64,000 nucleotides of DNA from Selaginella moellendorffii (taxonomy: Eukaryota > Plantae > Lycopodiophyta). The position numbers and the translations under genes were made by a program. The stretch covers positions 37,042 through 101,041 of the forward strand of contig NW_003314441.1 of assembly GCF_000143415.4 (NCBI RefSeq), in the 5' to 3' direction. This document shows positions 1-12,249 of this stretch, in pieces (within the stretch, counting starts at the first letter, position 1; every line of letters starts with the position of its first letter). The notes under the pieces were generated by a model. The model had not been told where the DNA came from. It saw only the letters and a list, made by a program, of their open reading frames with translations, and searched no databases.

Positions 1-49
1 GCTTCAACCACAGCCGGCTCATGCGTCACTGTAGCTGGTCTATCATGAT

Positions 50-748
50 CTATCGTCTCCAAACTTGGTTATCGCAGTGTCCTGCTATATGATCCAATAC
101 TTCGCGACTGATGCCCAGGGCGTCTGCTCGTTCTTGTAGCGAATTCCACTGTTCAGCATTTGTTTGCTGAGCATGTCCAGCAACACTGAAGAGCCCAGAA
201 ACCCTTTTATATACTATTCTTCTGGAACGGTTCACTGCTGCAGTTAAGCCTAGGGAATGAGCTCTTTCAGACATAGCAATAAACTCTTCTTTTGTGCCAG
301 ATGTTGCCTTTTGCAGAAGTTGCAGCTCAATACTTTTCATTCTCGCTTTGAAAGCAACGCTAGACTTCCTGACAAGATCGTCCATACCCATTCTTTGTGC
401 ATTTTGTAGCCACTGCTCAAACGCGCTGTGTAACTCTTTGTCAATGGCTACCTCTATGCTCCGTGCGACTACATTCTCCCTTGCTGATATAGCAGCCTCC
501 GTTTTCATGGCGACCTCATCCAATCCAATTTTCCTCGCATCTTCTATACGCTTTTCTAGTGCCGGTCTGTCCGCATCCCATGTTTGGATTACCTGAGCTA
601 GCCATTCAGATATCTGACACCTTTTCAAGATCATCTCCTCCTCCAAACTGGCAACCTCATCAACGAGACCTAGTCTGTTTGCACGCTCCATGTACATCAT
701 ATAATCACCAATGTCTCCATCCCGAATGATGTCTTGAGGCTTGACCAT
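50..748 (-). CDS. Uncharacterised alpha-helical repeat protein (five ~46-aa repeats); may continue by splicing beyond the left edge
   Basis: Open frame from ATG at 748 (MVKPQDII...). A recurring [EQ]-x-A-x-x-[LIM]-G-[LIM] motif has its Gly at residues 27, 75, 121, 167 and 212. A possible GT donor lies near position 64. Confidence 0.6.
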   Translation of the reverse strand: MVKPQDIIRDGDIGDYMMYMERANRLGLVDEVASLEEEMILKRCQISEWLAQVIQTWDADRPALEKRIEDARKIGLDEVAMKTEAAISARENVVARSIEVAIDKELHSAFEQWLQNAQRMGMDDLVRKSSVAFKARMKSIELQLLQKATSGTKEEFIAMSERAHSLGLTAAVNRSRRIVYKRVSGLFSVAGHAQQTNAEQWNSLQERADALGISREVLDHIAGHCDNQVWRR

Positions 749-879
749 GTCGCATCGCACAACAACAAGAAGCCTTTTTCGGTCATGAGGCCCTACGCAA
801 GTGAAGGAAATTAGAGGCCACCGGGAAGCACGAACAAGGAAAGAAAAGAACGCCCTTGCGGTTCTAGAATATTCCCTTT

Positions 880-3800
880 TTACATAGCATTTCGGCAAAA
901 CGCACAGCAGCCATGCCTGAGGACGGTGAAGTCCCACTCTTCCAACTCAAAAAAGTGCTCGCACGATGGGCACTGAAATAGTGACAGTGAAGGTTCTAGA
1001 CTTATGAAGTAGCGAGCTTGAATGGTGGCACCTCCAGTTGGCACGACTGCGAAAAACTGCGAGGCCTGCAGCTTAGACAGCGTTTTGTCATCCATATAAA
1101 CTCGTCCAGTATGGAGGTTGTGCTGCAGGCCCAAGTACTCCACGTTTGTTCCATGCACATCAGACTCGTTGTAGCGCTGCAACAGTTCCAGTGCCTGTTG
1201 ATGTGTGATGCCATCCTTTAGGAAGACTTGAACCTGGCACGTGACAAAACGATGCGCGCCTCAATAAACTCCATACTTTCCGAACCTTACCACAGGAAGC
1301 TGCCGGAAAGTCAAGAAAGACCAGAACTTGGGCTGACGGCATTTGGCGCACGAGTCGGTTTCAAAGTAGGAGACGAAGGGGGATGTCCCAGAGCATATGA
1401 AACAAACGGAAGGGCCGATGGTCCTGCCAAAAGCGCGAGCTCTGGAAGCTAAAGTGGCAGCCTCCAGCTTGTCTGCCCAGCTTGAGGGCACCCTCAAGCG
1501 CCGCAAATGCTCGTATGCTTCCTTTGCAACGTCGTGTGCACCTGCCCGAGACCAACCGATAAGAGGGGCGTGAATAAACGAATTGCCCACCTAGTTGTTC
1601 CCCATGCCTGGCAAGTGTAACCAAAATGTTGGCGACGGAAACCCCTGCAATGGAGTTCCTAGGAATTCGGGCAAGGACGAAGCGTGCAGTGCCAATGAGC
1701 GTCTCCGGTAAGGTTGTTCTGAATGGTTCGCTGATGGACTGGTCTATATAGGAGTAAGCATAATATATGTCTGCACACAGCCGCAGCCGTCTATGTTCTT
1801 CGTCCTCAGATTTTCCATCCATACCCAGTAACCACGAACTATGTGCAGCATCTTTGAACCTCTTTTCTTTCACCTGGACGCAGTCGACAACAAGTGACGT
1901 GTGAGGGAAGAAAAGGACTTACAGCGTTTTCAATGAGCTGAGCAAACAGACGCTCTGACAGATCAGGCCGCCCGGCTTGTCTGTAGACCAAATGGGCGTC
2001 CTCAAATCGGTCTCTGCTGATTAGCCATTGTGCATACGGTAGATTCACATCTTCTTGAAGCTCGGGGTGAAGTTTCTTTACTGTAAATGCTTCCTCCCAT
2101 TGCTCAAGCTCTATATGGAGCAGCAAAGTCGATCTGACCTGCAAGGTAAGTTAAAAGAGAGAGACAGAACGTGTAACACCCACCGAAAATCAGAGAGCTT
2201 AGTATATGTCTCCAAAGCATGGGTATACAACCCATGTCTGTGCATTAGTGATGCACACTGTTTAAGTTCCTGTATATCCGACTTGTTAAGCCTTCGTGAA
2301 ACCTGAAATCAAGAGCATCTTTCAGCAGCCTCCTTTAAGGAACGGGCGGAACACATTAACTTACCTCAATAAGCTTGAGTGCTGGACCATGAGCAGCAAG
2401 AATACTCAGAGCCTTCTGAGGTTGGCCCGCAATGATGTACATGTCAACTGCGGTGTTGTGGTCGTTTGTCTCTTCAGTCCATTCGGCTTGCCTTTGAATT
2501 ATGTCTCTCACGTTCGCTTTGTTGTTCTGGTCCTTGTTTTGGATGCATTCGGCTAGTGCTTTAGCTTTTTCAAACATCCGTAAATCGGCATACATTTCCA
2601 TTGCTTTGTCAACTTCTCCAGATTCACAGTAAGCTTGAGCAGCGGCTTCAAAATCTCCCTGGCTAGGCAAGGTTAGCCACAGCCACGAAGATAAGAACAG
2701 CAAAGAAACCTGGAAGGCATATGTGCAGGCTGCAAGATGACAAGGTTGATAGTCAGCTGCGTGGCTTAGGAGATCGAGAAAAGGAACGTCTCTGAGACGC
2801 ATAAAGCCAGCCCGAGCTACTTTCCAGTCCTGACCCTTCATAGCTTCAAGTGCAAGTTCCCGCCAGTCCATCTCTGTGACTCCCATACAAGCCACACGGT
2901 ACGCGTTCTGATAGTCCCCTGTCCGCAAATACTGCCGCATACTTGTTGATTGAGGAACTTCCACAGTCTACCCAACAACATTTGCCGAAGATTTGAAGGA
3001 GAAACGAATTTCCCTTACCTGCATTGTAAAGTTCTGAAGGCTAAACATTCTTGATCCCTGAAAGCCAACAACATTGCCCTGCAGCTTCTGCCGATGCACT
3101 GGAAAGTCTGCCGTTTTGATGCTCAGCATGCCATTGCCAGAATAGCAAAGCATCGAGTCCAGCTTTGTGTTCCAGGCCACTGAGCTTGCAGATGTTTCCT
3201 CGTAACAAACTGTCCTGCTCTGAGGAAGGGATAAAAGGCATGAAGCAGCAGAACGTAAACCTTTGACCGGTACCTGGAGATCGTAGACGACCAGGTTTGA
3301 CATCTCATCAACAATAGCAAGGCGAGAACCGCTGGCAGATAGATCTAGGCAACGGATCGGATTTTTGTGACTGTACAAATTCACTGCAAAGGCATTGTTT
3401 ATCCACAGCCGTACAACCTGTCCAGCCTTCGTCCCAACAAGCAAACCTTCTCCTCCTACCGGTCCTCCACAAACCTGTACTTGTCGGCCCATAAAAGGGG
3501 ACAACAAGAAAAAGAGAGCTCACCTTGATATAGCGAATTGAGGATTCAAGAAACCATTCACGTTCTTTCGTCCCAGACAAGGAATAAAGCTGCAGCTCCG
3601 TTTCCTGCCATCCGAAGCCATCTCAGCAAGAGAAGGAAAGGGTTAGAAACAAGTCTTACATGGCACAGAATGAAGTGGCGTGATGTAAGTACCAACAGGT
3701 TGCATTCCATCCGTCCGTTAAGCTTTGCGCGAACTTGATAGTCAGATGCAGCAAGGCCACTTCCATGCAATTGATACACAATGATTTTGGTAGGCATCTG

Positions 3801-4943
3801 TATTGCTAGGTTGTTTTGATAAACTGCAATTTTCTTCACGTAGTCGTGACACTTGATACGGACCTGGCATTGCACAATGTTGTGAGCAAAGGGGTTGAGG
3901 GATGAAGGCTAAACCTTTTCGTTGGAGATGAGGTTCTGGACAACGACACTGGTCAGTGTGTCTCTGTATGCGTACCTTTCTTGGTATAAGCTGTGAACCT
4001 GAGGCAGACAAGACATATAAGACCTTACTCGGACATGGCATTACCATTGAAAACACCAGCTGCAACATAGAGATGCTCCCATCATTGCATCCCACCGCAA
4101 CGTAGTCTGCCTTGGGGTGAGAGCGAACGGCCCAAACCCAATCGCTCGTCTCACATATCGTGGTAAGTTGGATGCCTTCGTTGGACAGAAGCTCTACCTG
4201 CAAGTGGAGGGCAGGGTAGTCGACGAAAAGGGCAGCCAGTGGAGCTCATCACCTTTCGACCAGATCCAGCAACGCAGAGATACCTGCCATCACACGTGTA
4301 CGAGATGCTGCAGGGATCGAAGCCCAAGTCTGTGCATCTCCCAAACTGGCAAGACCACAGGTAGACGCATGCTTTTTCAAAAAGCAAACCAGCGAAGCAA
4401 ACCTGCTTGCCTGATATGTTGAAGAATGTGAGTGTGCCATCCCAGCAGGCCACTGCTAGGGTATCAGAGGCTCTGTTGTGGACGTTCCACTGCAGGGACC
4501 AAACTGGAGAAGACTTTTCGATCATGGCCTGGTGGGACAAACATTTGTGAATATGGATGAATCCAATCCCGCACAGCCGCTCACTTGTTCGTTTCCGAAT
4601 CTGTCACAGAGGTAGACGTGGCCAGTGAACATGCCAAGAGCCAGGATCTGGCCATCCTTGGTCCAGGACGCACAAAGCACCTGACATTCATATGTGATGT
4701 TAGTAGCGTTTTCAGCCACCCAAGCCAACCTTGGACACGGTTGTGTGTTTCAAGACTGACTTTTGTTCAGGGGACCAAATCCCGAAATCGCTGGCCGTCC
4801 CACTCGCAAGCTTCACGCAAATGGAATTCAATCAAGCAGGCAGGGCTTTTGCGTCCAGACGTCCCACCTGTTGGGTGACTGGGTTATATGCAAGGCACTG
4901 AATGGAGTGGGCGTGGCTGTATTTGAGAATGCCTTCGGCCTGT

Positions 4944-4979
<36 letters not shown>

Positions 4980-5443
4980 ACAGGTGAGGAGGAGGAGCTG
5001 TGCAGCAGCGCCTCGTGCCTTGTAGGTCCACACGATGATGGTCTTGTCAGCACCCCCCGAAGCAAAGCGTTTCCCATCACGAGAGTAGGCAAGGCAGTAG
5101 ACCGCACCTTTGTGGCCTGCAAGGGTGGCAACATGCATTATAAAGGGGGATCTGTCCATCCTTCCACCTTTGAGCGAATGCAGAAGGTCGCCGGTTGCTG
5201 CATCATACATGAGGACTCGGCTACCCACTGCAGCAATAAGCTGGCTTCCATCTACGAGGCGTGGTCATGAGTTAGCAAGTTATGCATAGTAGCTAGCATG
5301 CGGGTACCAGGCCTGAATGCCAAGTCGTAGCAGACGGCCTTCGGTGCTTGCAGGTGCTCCGGCTGCATTGCAAGTGAGAGCGGTGGGCGGGCAGCTGGAG
5401 GACGACTTACCGCGTGATCTGCCCACGCAACCACGACTCGCAT
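880..5443 (-). CDS. IFT122: Intraflagellar transport protein 122 (IFT-A, WD40/TPR), multi-exon
   Basis: Exon peptides [91 protein letters not shown], and a C-terminal CPSC...CAFC zinc finger. Many short GT-AG introns. Confidence 0.95.
4945..4975. repeat. (CA)n microsatellite in an IFT122 intron
   Basis: Run of about 15 CA units. Confidence 0.95.
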
Positions 5444-5541
5444 CGCAACACTAGGGCGTAGGGGGACGCACCAAGAAAGTAAAGCAGAAGATGATGTTGC
5501 CTCTCGGGGAATCGAACCCCTAATCTGCATTTGCTACAATC

Positions 5542-5943
5542 TCAAAAGTGATGGATGAGGGACTCTTTCTTGGATGGCCGAGTTGCGATGTACTCGATGG
5601 CATCGGCGCAGGAGACGATCTTGTCCGAGTCGCTGTCCGGGATCTCGATCTTGAATTCATCCTCGAGGGCCATCACCACTTCGACAGCATCCAGGCTGTC
5701 CAGCCCCAGGTCCTTTTGGAAGTGCGATGTTGGCGAGAGCTGCAAGGAGAAGCCGTGAGTGAGCCCCTTCTTTCCCTCCCACACATGACAACTCACCTTG
5801 AGGATGTTCACCTTGGGGAAGTTCTTCACCACGTTGAGCACTCGATTGGTCACCTCCTCGCGGCTGGCGTACGCCTCCTTGCCGGTGGCAAAGCTGCGCA
5901 CAGTGGCACCAAGCCTGGCCGCGGCGCAAACCGCCCTCCTCAT
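5542..5943 (-). CDS. mtACP: Mitochondrial acyl carrier protein (NDUFAB1-like), 2 exons (intron about 5740-5796)
   Basis: Arg-rich presequence [12 protein letters not shown]; [20 protein letters not shown] phosphopantetheine motif. Confidence 0.95.
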   Translation of the reverse strand: MRRAVCAAARLGATVRSFATGKEAYASREEVTNRVLNVVKNFPKVNILKVSCHVWEGKKGLTHGFSLQLSPTSHFQKDLGLDSLDAVEVVMALEDEFKIEIPDSDSDKIVSCADAIEYIATRPSKKESLIHHF

Positions 5944-5998
5944 CCCCAACCAAAACCCTAGCTACCCACCCTTTACCTAGGGCACAGTCCTGTCTCCA

Positions 5999-7410
5999 AT
6001 GGGGGACGGGGTCGCGGCCGCCGCGGCGCACCTCCCCGAGCAGGAGATGCCCGTGCACCTTGTCACGCTGCCGCTGCAGTTGCCCCGCTGCTTTGTGGAG
6101 CCCAATGCCGCCCACGCCCTCGCCATTGGCCTCGACTGCGAGGGCGTCGACCTCGCCCGTCATGGCCGCCTGTGCATTATGCAGGTAAGCACACATGACA
6201 TCGCTACGTCTTGTGAATCGCTCTTCTCCGCAGCTCGCGTTCCAGGATGCGATCTACCTGGTGGATGCAGTCCAAGGTGGGGACGCGCTAATGCAAGCCT
6301 GCAAGGCTGCTCTCGAATCTCCACACGTTACCAAAGTCGTGCACGACTGCAAGCGCGACAGTGAGGTAGAGTGTGTGCCTCCCCCCCTCTTTGAGTATCT
6401 GCCTCCCTCACCACCCTTTGAACAACAACAGGCATTGTACTTCCAGCATGGAATCAAGCTCAACAACGTCTTCGACACTCAAGTGAGCGGCTGCTCTTGT
6501 TGCTTGCCTGGTACATCTCATGGCTTTGTAGATCGCACACTCGCTGATTGAGCTGCAGCAAGGAAGGCAGTGGATCCCAGACGACTGCATCTCATTTGTG
6601 GACCTGCTGGCAGATGCCAAGTATTGCGGTAAGAGGTAACCTGTCTTGGAAAAAGAAGCCAACCTCTGGGAAGTAGGTGTTGCATATGACGAGAAAGATG
6701 AGGTGCGGAGCTTGTTGAGAAAGGTATCGTCGTGCTGCTTCCGCAAACTTGTCTTGCGCTTATGAAAATGTGCTGGCCAGGATCCTGAGTTTTGGACGCA
6801 CAGGCCGCTAACGAACATGATGAAGCGTGCTGCCGCGGATGACGTTCGTTTTCTCCTTCGGATCCACCGGAACATGGTGCAGAGGCTAGACGCCTTCTCT
6901 GCGTGGGAGCTGTCCATCAGGAGCTCGCTCTTTTGCCGGTGCTTCTGTGGCGAGGATGACGGGTTTGCCAACTGGCCTGCTCTTCCTGCTATACCAGGTA
7001 CGTGCGTGCGATTGCTACCAGTGTCGAAGCTTTCAGTCATGTTGCTTGCCTTGTCAGAGGAGCTTGCCGCTCGCCATGAGGATCCGGAGGAGGTGCTAGC
7101 AGTCGTAGATGTTCCAAAAGGTCGAATGGGGCGCATCATCGGTAGGAAAGGAGCGTCCATTGTTGCCATCAAGGAATCATGCAGGTACGTAGCCTTCTTG
7201 TGCTGCCAGTTATGATAGGCGCTCGTGTACATCCAGGGCCAATATTTTCATAGGTGGCACCAAAGGTCCTCCCGACAAGGCAAGCTCAGCTGTCTGCTGG
7301 TTTTTTTTTTTATTGATGGAGAGGAACGTCCATGCATGCAGGTTTTTGTGATTGGGCCCCTGAAAGAAGTCCGAAAAGCGGAAGCGATTCTCAGAGGCAA
7401 AGTTGTGTAG
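5999..7410 (+). CDS. DEDD 3'-5' exonuclease (EXD1/Egalitarian-like) with C-terminal KH domain, multi-exon
   Basis: IGLDCEG, VHDCKRDSE and AAADDV exonuclease motifs; KH GxxG loop MGRIIGRKGASI. The last intron is GC-AG (7280-7341). Confidence 0.9.
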
Positions 7411-7869
7411 CTCCCGAGCGCAATAAGGTTGTACACAACCAGAAGCTCGTACAAGGTACGCACGCTTAGTGAATAAGGACGCTGGTGCTTGTTTTACGAC
7501 TATGCTGCGATCCCTTCGGCGCCAAATGACAAACTGAAACAAGTATATTCGTGTGTCGACTCGCTCTCGCCACAGTAATAAATACGAGATGCGCGGCCAA
7601 GACAGGAAAGGGGCCTCGCGACGGCAAGGTCAGCTGCTTCCTCAAAAAATTGGGAGGGTTACATGTGGCGTGGAGTAAATAACTGTTAAACAAAATTAAA
7701 AATTATAAAATCCATTCATACTCGGTTATAGTGTTAATTAGTAGAAAAAAAAAGTATATGACCTAGCTTTTATAGATGGATACCTTCTGTGAAAATAAAA
7801 TGGCGTGTGGTGGGATCGTTGTGGCTGCCGCACTGGGTAATATTTCTAAACATTCCGATGCCGAGACTT

Positions 7870-9691
7870 TGAGTCATTATCTAGAGACAACAGGCTGGGA
7901 GAAGATAACGTCTGGCATCAAGAGTAGCTGCGGGATATTTCGACCAATGCGTGACGAGTGGCGACGTGATCACAGCCACCTCCACTGACACCCTCCTCAT
8001 TCACGACGCCATGGGATAGTTCTGCTCTTGTCCTCTGCTTGTGTGAGCAGCTTGGTGACGGGGATAAGCATCTCTCTGGCGACTGGTGGGCTTAACTGCA
8101 ATCCCGTTGCTGCTGGGCGCTGGAGGTGTGTACATGGCTGTCTATACCACCTTGTCAGCGCAGGCCTCAGCAGGCGTGTTTGCGTCTTCTTCCTCATGCC
8201 CGAGGAAAAGAATGACGATGTTAACCATAAGCAGGCCTGAGACACAAGCTCCCATGCTTCCCAAGAGTGCTAAACTCCACGTCTTGCCCTGGTGACACGC
8301 CTCGTCATGCTCACATTAGTGCTTAGAAGAAGCTCTCACCTGGCTGTGGATACGGGCGACTGTTTCAAGCTTCGACTGTGATTGCACAAGAGAGCTGTAC
8401 ACTGAGTCAGAGCTGCTAATCGTGTGGTCCGCTTTCTACAAGACGCGCCTGGTGGAGGACGAAGATCTTGTGGTGAAGACACTTGTTTTCACTCCCTGCG
8501 CCTTGTGTACCAATGTTTTTTTTCACTGTCCAGCGCCTTGTGTACCAAGAGCTCCGACTCTGTGTCAAGCGCACTGGTGGCCTCGTCTAACAAAAGGATG
8601 GCTGGATGGCCCTCAGCCTTTGTTTCTGCCCTCCCGGAAGTTGCACCTCAATCTGCTCTGAATGGCATCAGCTTCACAGCAGTTGAAGGAGAAAGCAGAT
8701 TGCAAGTGATTTTGGGCTTGGGAGCCTGGCCAGCACCGTGCTGCAGTACTGTGTGTGAAAGGCAGCATGTATGTCCTTGTTGACATGAGCTCCTGCAGGT
8801 AGGTTGCGAACAGCGGCCCGGCGCTCACAGCACGCCTGTCAGCCAATACAACAGCGGTGAGGGGCATGCTGAGCGATACTTACAGTTTGTTTGTGCAGAG
8901 CCTGATCGCCATTGTAGTGAACGTGCCCCTTGCAGCAAGCGTTCCGGAGCAAGGGACTTAAGACATCAGAGCGCCAACCAGATTGCTGCAGAAGCTGCAT
9001 CCAGCATCCGCACCGGCATGCATGGAAGCATTCAAGCAGCGGCTGCACCAAGCGGTCCGTGGTGCAGGGAGTATGGTCATGTGGGCTGGTGAAGCGCGGC
9101 ACGTTCGAGCCCGTGTTAAGAGCCATCACGGCACGGTGATCAGCTTCGGATAATCCCCGAGTTGACGAGGGGAGGGGCCACACTGGAATGCATGCTTGCC
9201 ACTATCTGCCCGCGGCCGAGATTAAGAGTGACCATCCACGAGGGGAGCGGCCGGAGCAAGTCATGGTTGGTTCCGTGGAGCTGGAGAGCGGCAGGAGGCG
9301 CCCCTGTTTGGAGTGTCCATTCGGGACAACATCCTGTTTGGGAGGGGAGGTGGTGGAGGGTGCAACTCTGGCAAACGCGCACGACTTCATCAGCAGCCTG
9401 CCCGGGCGCCCGAGCGCTACGACACTCAGGTTGGCGCAGGGGGTGTCTGATGTCCGGTGGGCAGCGGCAGAGGATTGCCATTGCGCGAGGCATGATGACG
9501 AGGCCAGGATGCCGAGTCCGACGGCATCGCCAGCAGCGACGCCCGAACAACCATCAGCGCTGCGCAAAGACTGCATATTCGGCATGGACAGCAGGCGTAT
9601 AGTGGAGAGCGGCCGACACCAGGAGCTGCTCAAGGCAGGGACAAGTTATTATGCGCTCGTCACCGCCCATGGCCACCACACCAAAGCATGA
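7870..9691 (+). pseudogene. Decayed ABCB (P-glycoprotein) transporter pseudogene
   Basis: TMD remnants YFDQCVTSGDVITATSTDTLLIHDAMG* and AIPLLLGAGGVY; NBD remnants LANAHDFISSLP, MSGGQRQRIAIAR and IVESGRHQELL. Frameshifts, stops and large deletions. Confidence 0.8.
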
Positions 9692-9741
9692 GCATGAGCA
9701 ACAAGTTGTGCCTGCTAAGAAACATTCACTGGTTACTACTA

Positions 9742-10530
9742 CTACTTGCGCCTCTGCTTCTTGAAGCTCTGCGGACCTGAGCTTGGCCTAGCAGATCGCT
9801 TCAACCCACCTGCTGCGGAGTCGGCCGTGTTCTTCTTGCTCAGGCCCTTACGACCACCATAGCCGAACTTGGCATCCCTCTGCTGCCTGCTCTTGCTCTT
9901 GTGACCAGCGAGCTTCTTCCCTCCGGACCTGTCCCATGGAGCAGCCGCGTTGCGTTTTGGCTTGGCATCTGGAGCATCCACAGGAAAGTCGTCCTCCCCT
10001 TGCGTGAAGTCGCTGTCCTTGCGCATCTTTCGCCACTTTTTCACGCTCTCAAAGTCGTGCTTCTTCTGCCTGGCCCGCTCCTTCATCTTCTCGGCCTGCA
10101 CCTCCTTGGCATACTTCTTGGCCTCCCGCGCCTTGCGCCTCTCCTGCTCCTCCTCGATCTGCTTCTTGTCGCTCAGCAGCCGGTCCTTGACCTTGAGCAT
10201 GTGAGTGTCCGACTTGACCATCTCCGCGTAGTAGTCGCTGGGGCGGAGAAAGGGAGCGCCCAGCTCCTGCAGCTGGCTATACGCCTCGCGGGCGCCCTCC
10301 AGCGCCTGCGTATAGAAGCACATCTCTCGGGCCAGGTCGTCCTCCACACTGACGCCGCCCTCGTCCATGGGCACGGACACGGACAAGGAATGGATCCACC
10401 CTACCTCGCCATCCCACGCAATGTCTTCCAGCTTATCGTGCAGCCCATCCACATCGTACACTGCATCCCTGCGGGCCTCCTCCAGCGGCTGCTCCTCCTC
10501 CTCCTCCTCCTCCTCCTCGTGCTCCGCCAT
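9742..10530 (-). CDS. EBP2: rRNA-processing protein EBP2, intronless
   Basis: DDLAREMCFYTQAL, PFLRPSDYYAEMVKSDTHM and RDAKFGYGG motifs. Confidence 0.95.
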   Translation of the reverse strand: MAEHEEEEEEEEEQPLEEARRDAVYDVDGLHDKLEDIAWDGEVGWIHSLSVSVPMDEGGVSVEDDLAREMCFYTQALEGAREAYSQLQELGAPFLRPSDYYAEMVKSDTHMLKVKDRLLSDKKQIEEEQERRKAREAKKYAKEVQAEKMKERARQKKHDFESVKKWRKMRKDSDFTQGEDDFPVDAPDAKPKRNAAAPWDRSGGKKLAGHKSKSRQQRDAKFGYGGRKGLSKKNTADSAAGGLKRSARPSSGPQSFKKQRRK

Positions 10531-10663
10531 TGCCCTAACCCTAGCTTCGGCCGGCGGGATATTCCCTGGGCACTGTCCACATCAGCCCTAACGCCCAGGC
10601 GGAGCAGGCGATTGGTCGTGGGCAAGTCATGCGAAGCTGAATGTGAAGCATGAATCTTCTGGA

Positions 10664-12140
10664 ATGGGGGGCAGCAAGGGACCCAGCGTCTTGGCAGGCG
10701 AGCAGCCCCCCGTTTTTGACATCAAGCCCCCCGTGGCCAGGCGTCGATTTACAAAGTCCACATTTGGACCTCAGGTGGCCAACAGCTACACACCCTGCGT
10801 TAACGTCTGTGCTCTCTCTGCAGATTCTTTCCTCCAGGCTCACAGAGCCATCGGTGCGATTTGGGCGAGGATGTCGCATTGGAATGGAGAAGGTTGGGCG
10901 CACTCTTACATAACCAACATCACCCACTCTCAAACATTTCCCCTTGTCATGGTCGTGGTCATGGCAGCTCTACATCGATGCCGAGATTTCCAAACTGACA
11001 CCGGGGCTGAGCCCAGGTATGAAATCATGCATGCCGATAGCTCATCATCTCATGATTGCATTTGTGGAGACAGGGCCTGCATACGAGCTAGTTCCCTCCA
11101 TCGGGAAGCAAGTCAAGTCGGACTACCAGAACCCCGCAGAAGTTGCGTTCCCCTTGGCAAGACGCTTCACGGTAAATGCTCGCTTTGAACCAACACAAAA
11201 GAGTCTCGGATCCTCGCCCTTGAATGCTTTAGAAGTTCAAAGGAGGAGACGCACCCGGGCCCGGAGCATACGAAAAGGCATCGTCTTTCGGAGACCAGGT
11301 GAGCTGCTGCGGGCCAGTATGGTCTGGCTCACGGAAGCCACTTGGTGTTACGTGCAGGTGCTCTCGTACCAAAAGTCGCCGGAGAAGGCAGTCATCGGTT
11401 CCGCGACAAGGAAGCAGCAGCAGAAAGTGTACCTGAGTCAAGACTTCAACAAGGTAAAACGAGCCTGCAACCCTGAAAGCTCACAACTCTGAGAGCGTGC
11501 TTTGTTTGTCAACAAAGAGCTTGTACGGAATAGAGTCCCCAGGACCGGTGGTGTGTGACCTGAGGTCATCCATTGGTGACCAGATGCACTCGGAGAACAG
11601 GAACGCTCCACACATCAAGTTCCCCATGGACAAGCGCTTCAAGGTCCGTAAAGAACAAGAGTTGTCGTTGTTATTCATGAATTATTCACCGTGGCAGCAT
11701 GGCAAGATCTCGGCGATCACAGCGACGCCCGGAGCAGGAGAGTATAAATGTGTGGCCGCAATCGGGAAGCAGCCCCAGTCGAGCAGGCTCAATCAACCTG
11801 TCATCTCTTTCACACACTCCCGACGAGAACAGCGGGAGAAGGTAAGTGGAGATAACTAACAATCACCTGGTGACAGCTTTTGTCAGATTTTCATATCTGT
11901 GGAGCACGAGAGAGGCAACGTCGGCTTGGAGTCGCCAGGACCGGCTGTGAATATCAAGCTCATATCATCCTTGGTCAGAGCTATACCCAAACTCCACACT
12001 GACTGACTTGCCGCGGCTGCATGCAGGGCCAACAGCCAAACTCGAAGAAGGTGTCGCCTCCGAGCTACTCCTTCAGCGGCGCCAAGCGATTCAAGAGGGT
12101 GTACGAGACACTGCCGGGGCCTGGGGAATACGACTGCTGA
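10664..12140 (+). CDS. Flagellar PG-rich repeat protein (STPG/SHIPPO/ODF3-like), about 9 exons
   Basis: Spliced repeats SPGPAY, APGPGAY, SPGPV, TPGAGEY, SPGPA and LPGPGEY, each followed by [SA]-[IFL]-G-x-Q...P...F. Stop TGA at 12138-12140. Confidence 0.8.
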
Positions 12141-12177
12141 TCCAGTCTCTGTTGTCTAGCTCTAGTAACGTGACTGA

Positions 12178-12181
<4 letters not shown>

Positions 12182-12217
<36 letters not shown>
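12182..12217. repeat. (GA)n microsatellite between convergent genes
   Basis: About 18 GA units. Confidence 0.95.
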
Positions 12218-12224
<7 letters not shown>

Positions 12225-12249
12225 GGGACATATGAATCGTCTCCCCGAC

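Noticed and set aside
5498-5525. tRNA T-arm/B-box-like GGGGTTCGATTCCCC on the minus strand
   Set aside because: No D-arm, anticodon arm or acceptor stem; the upstream sequence is ACP coding sequence.
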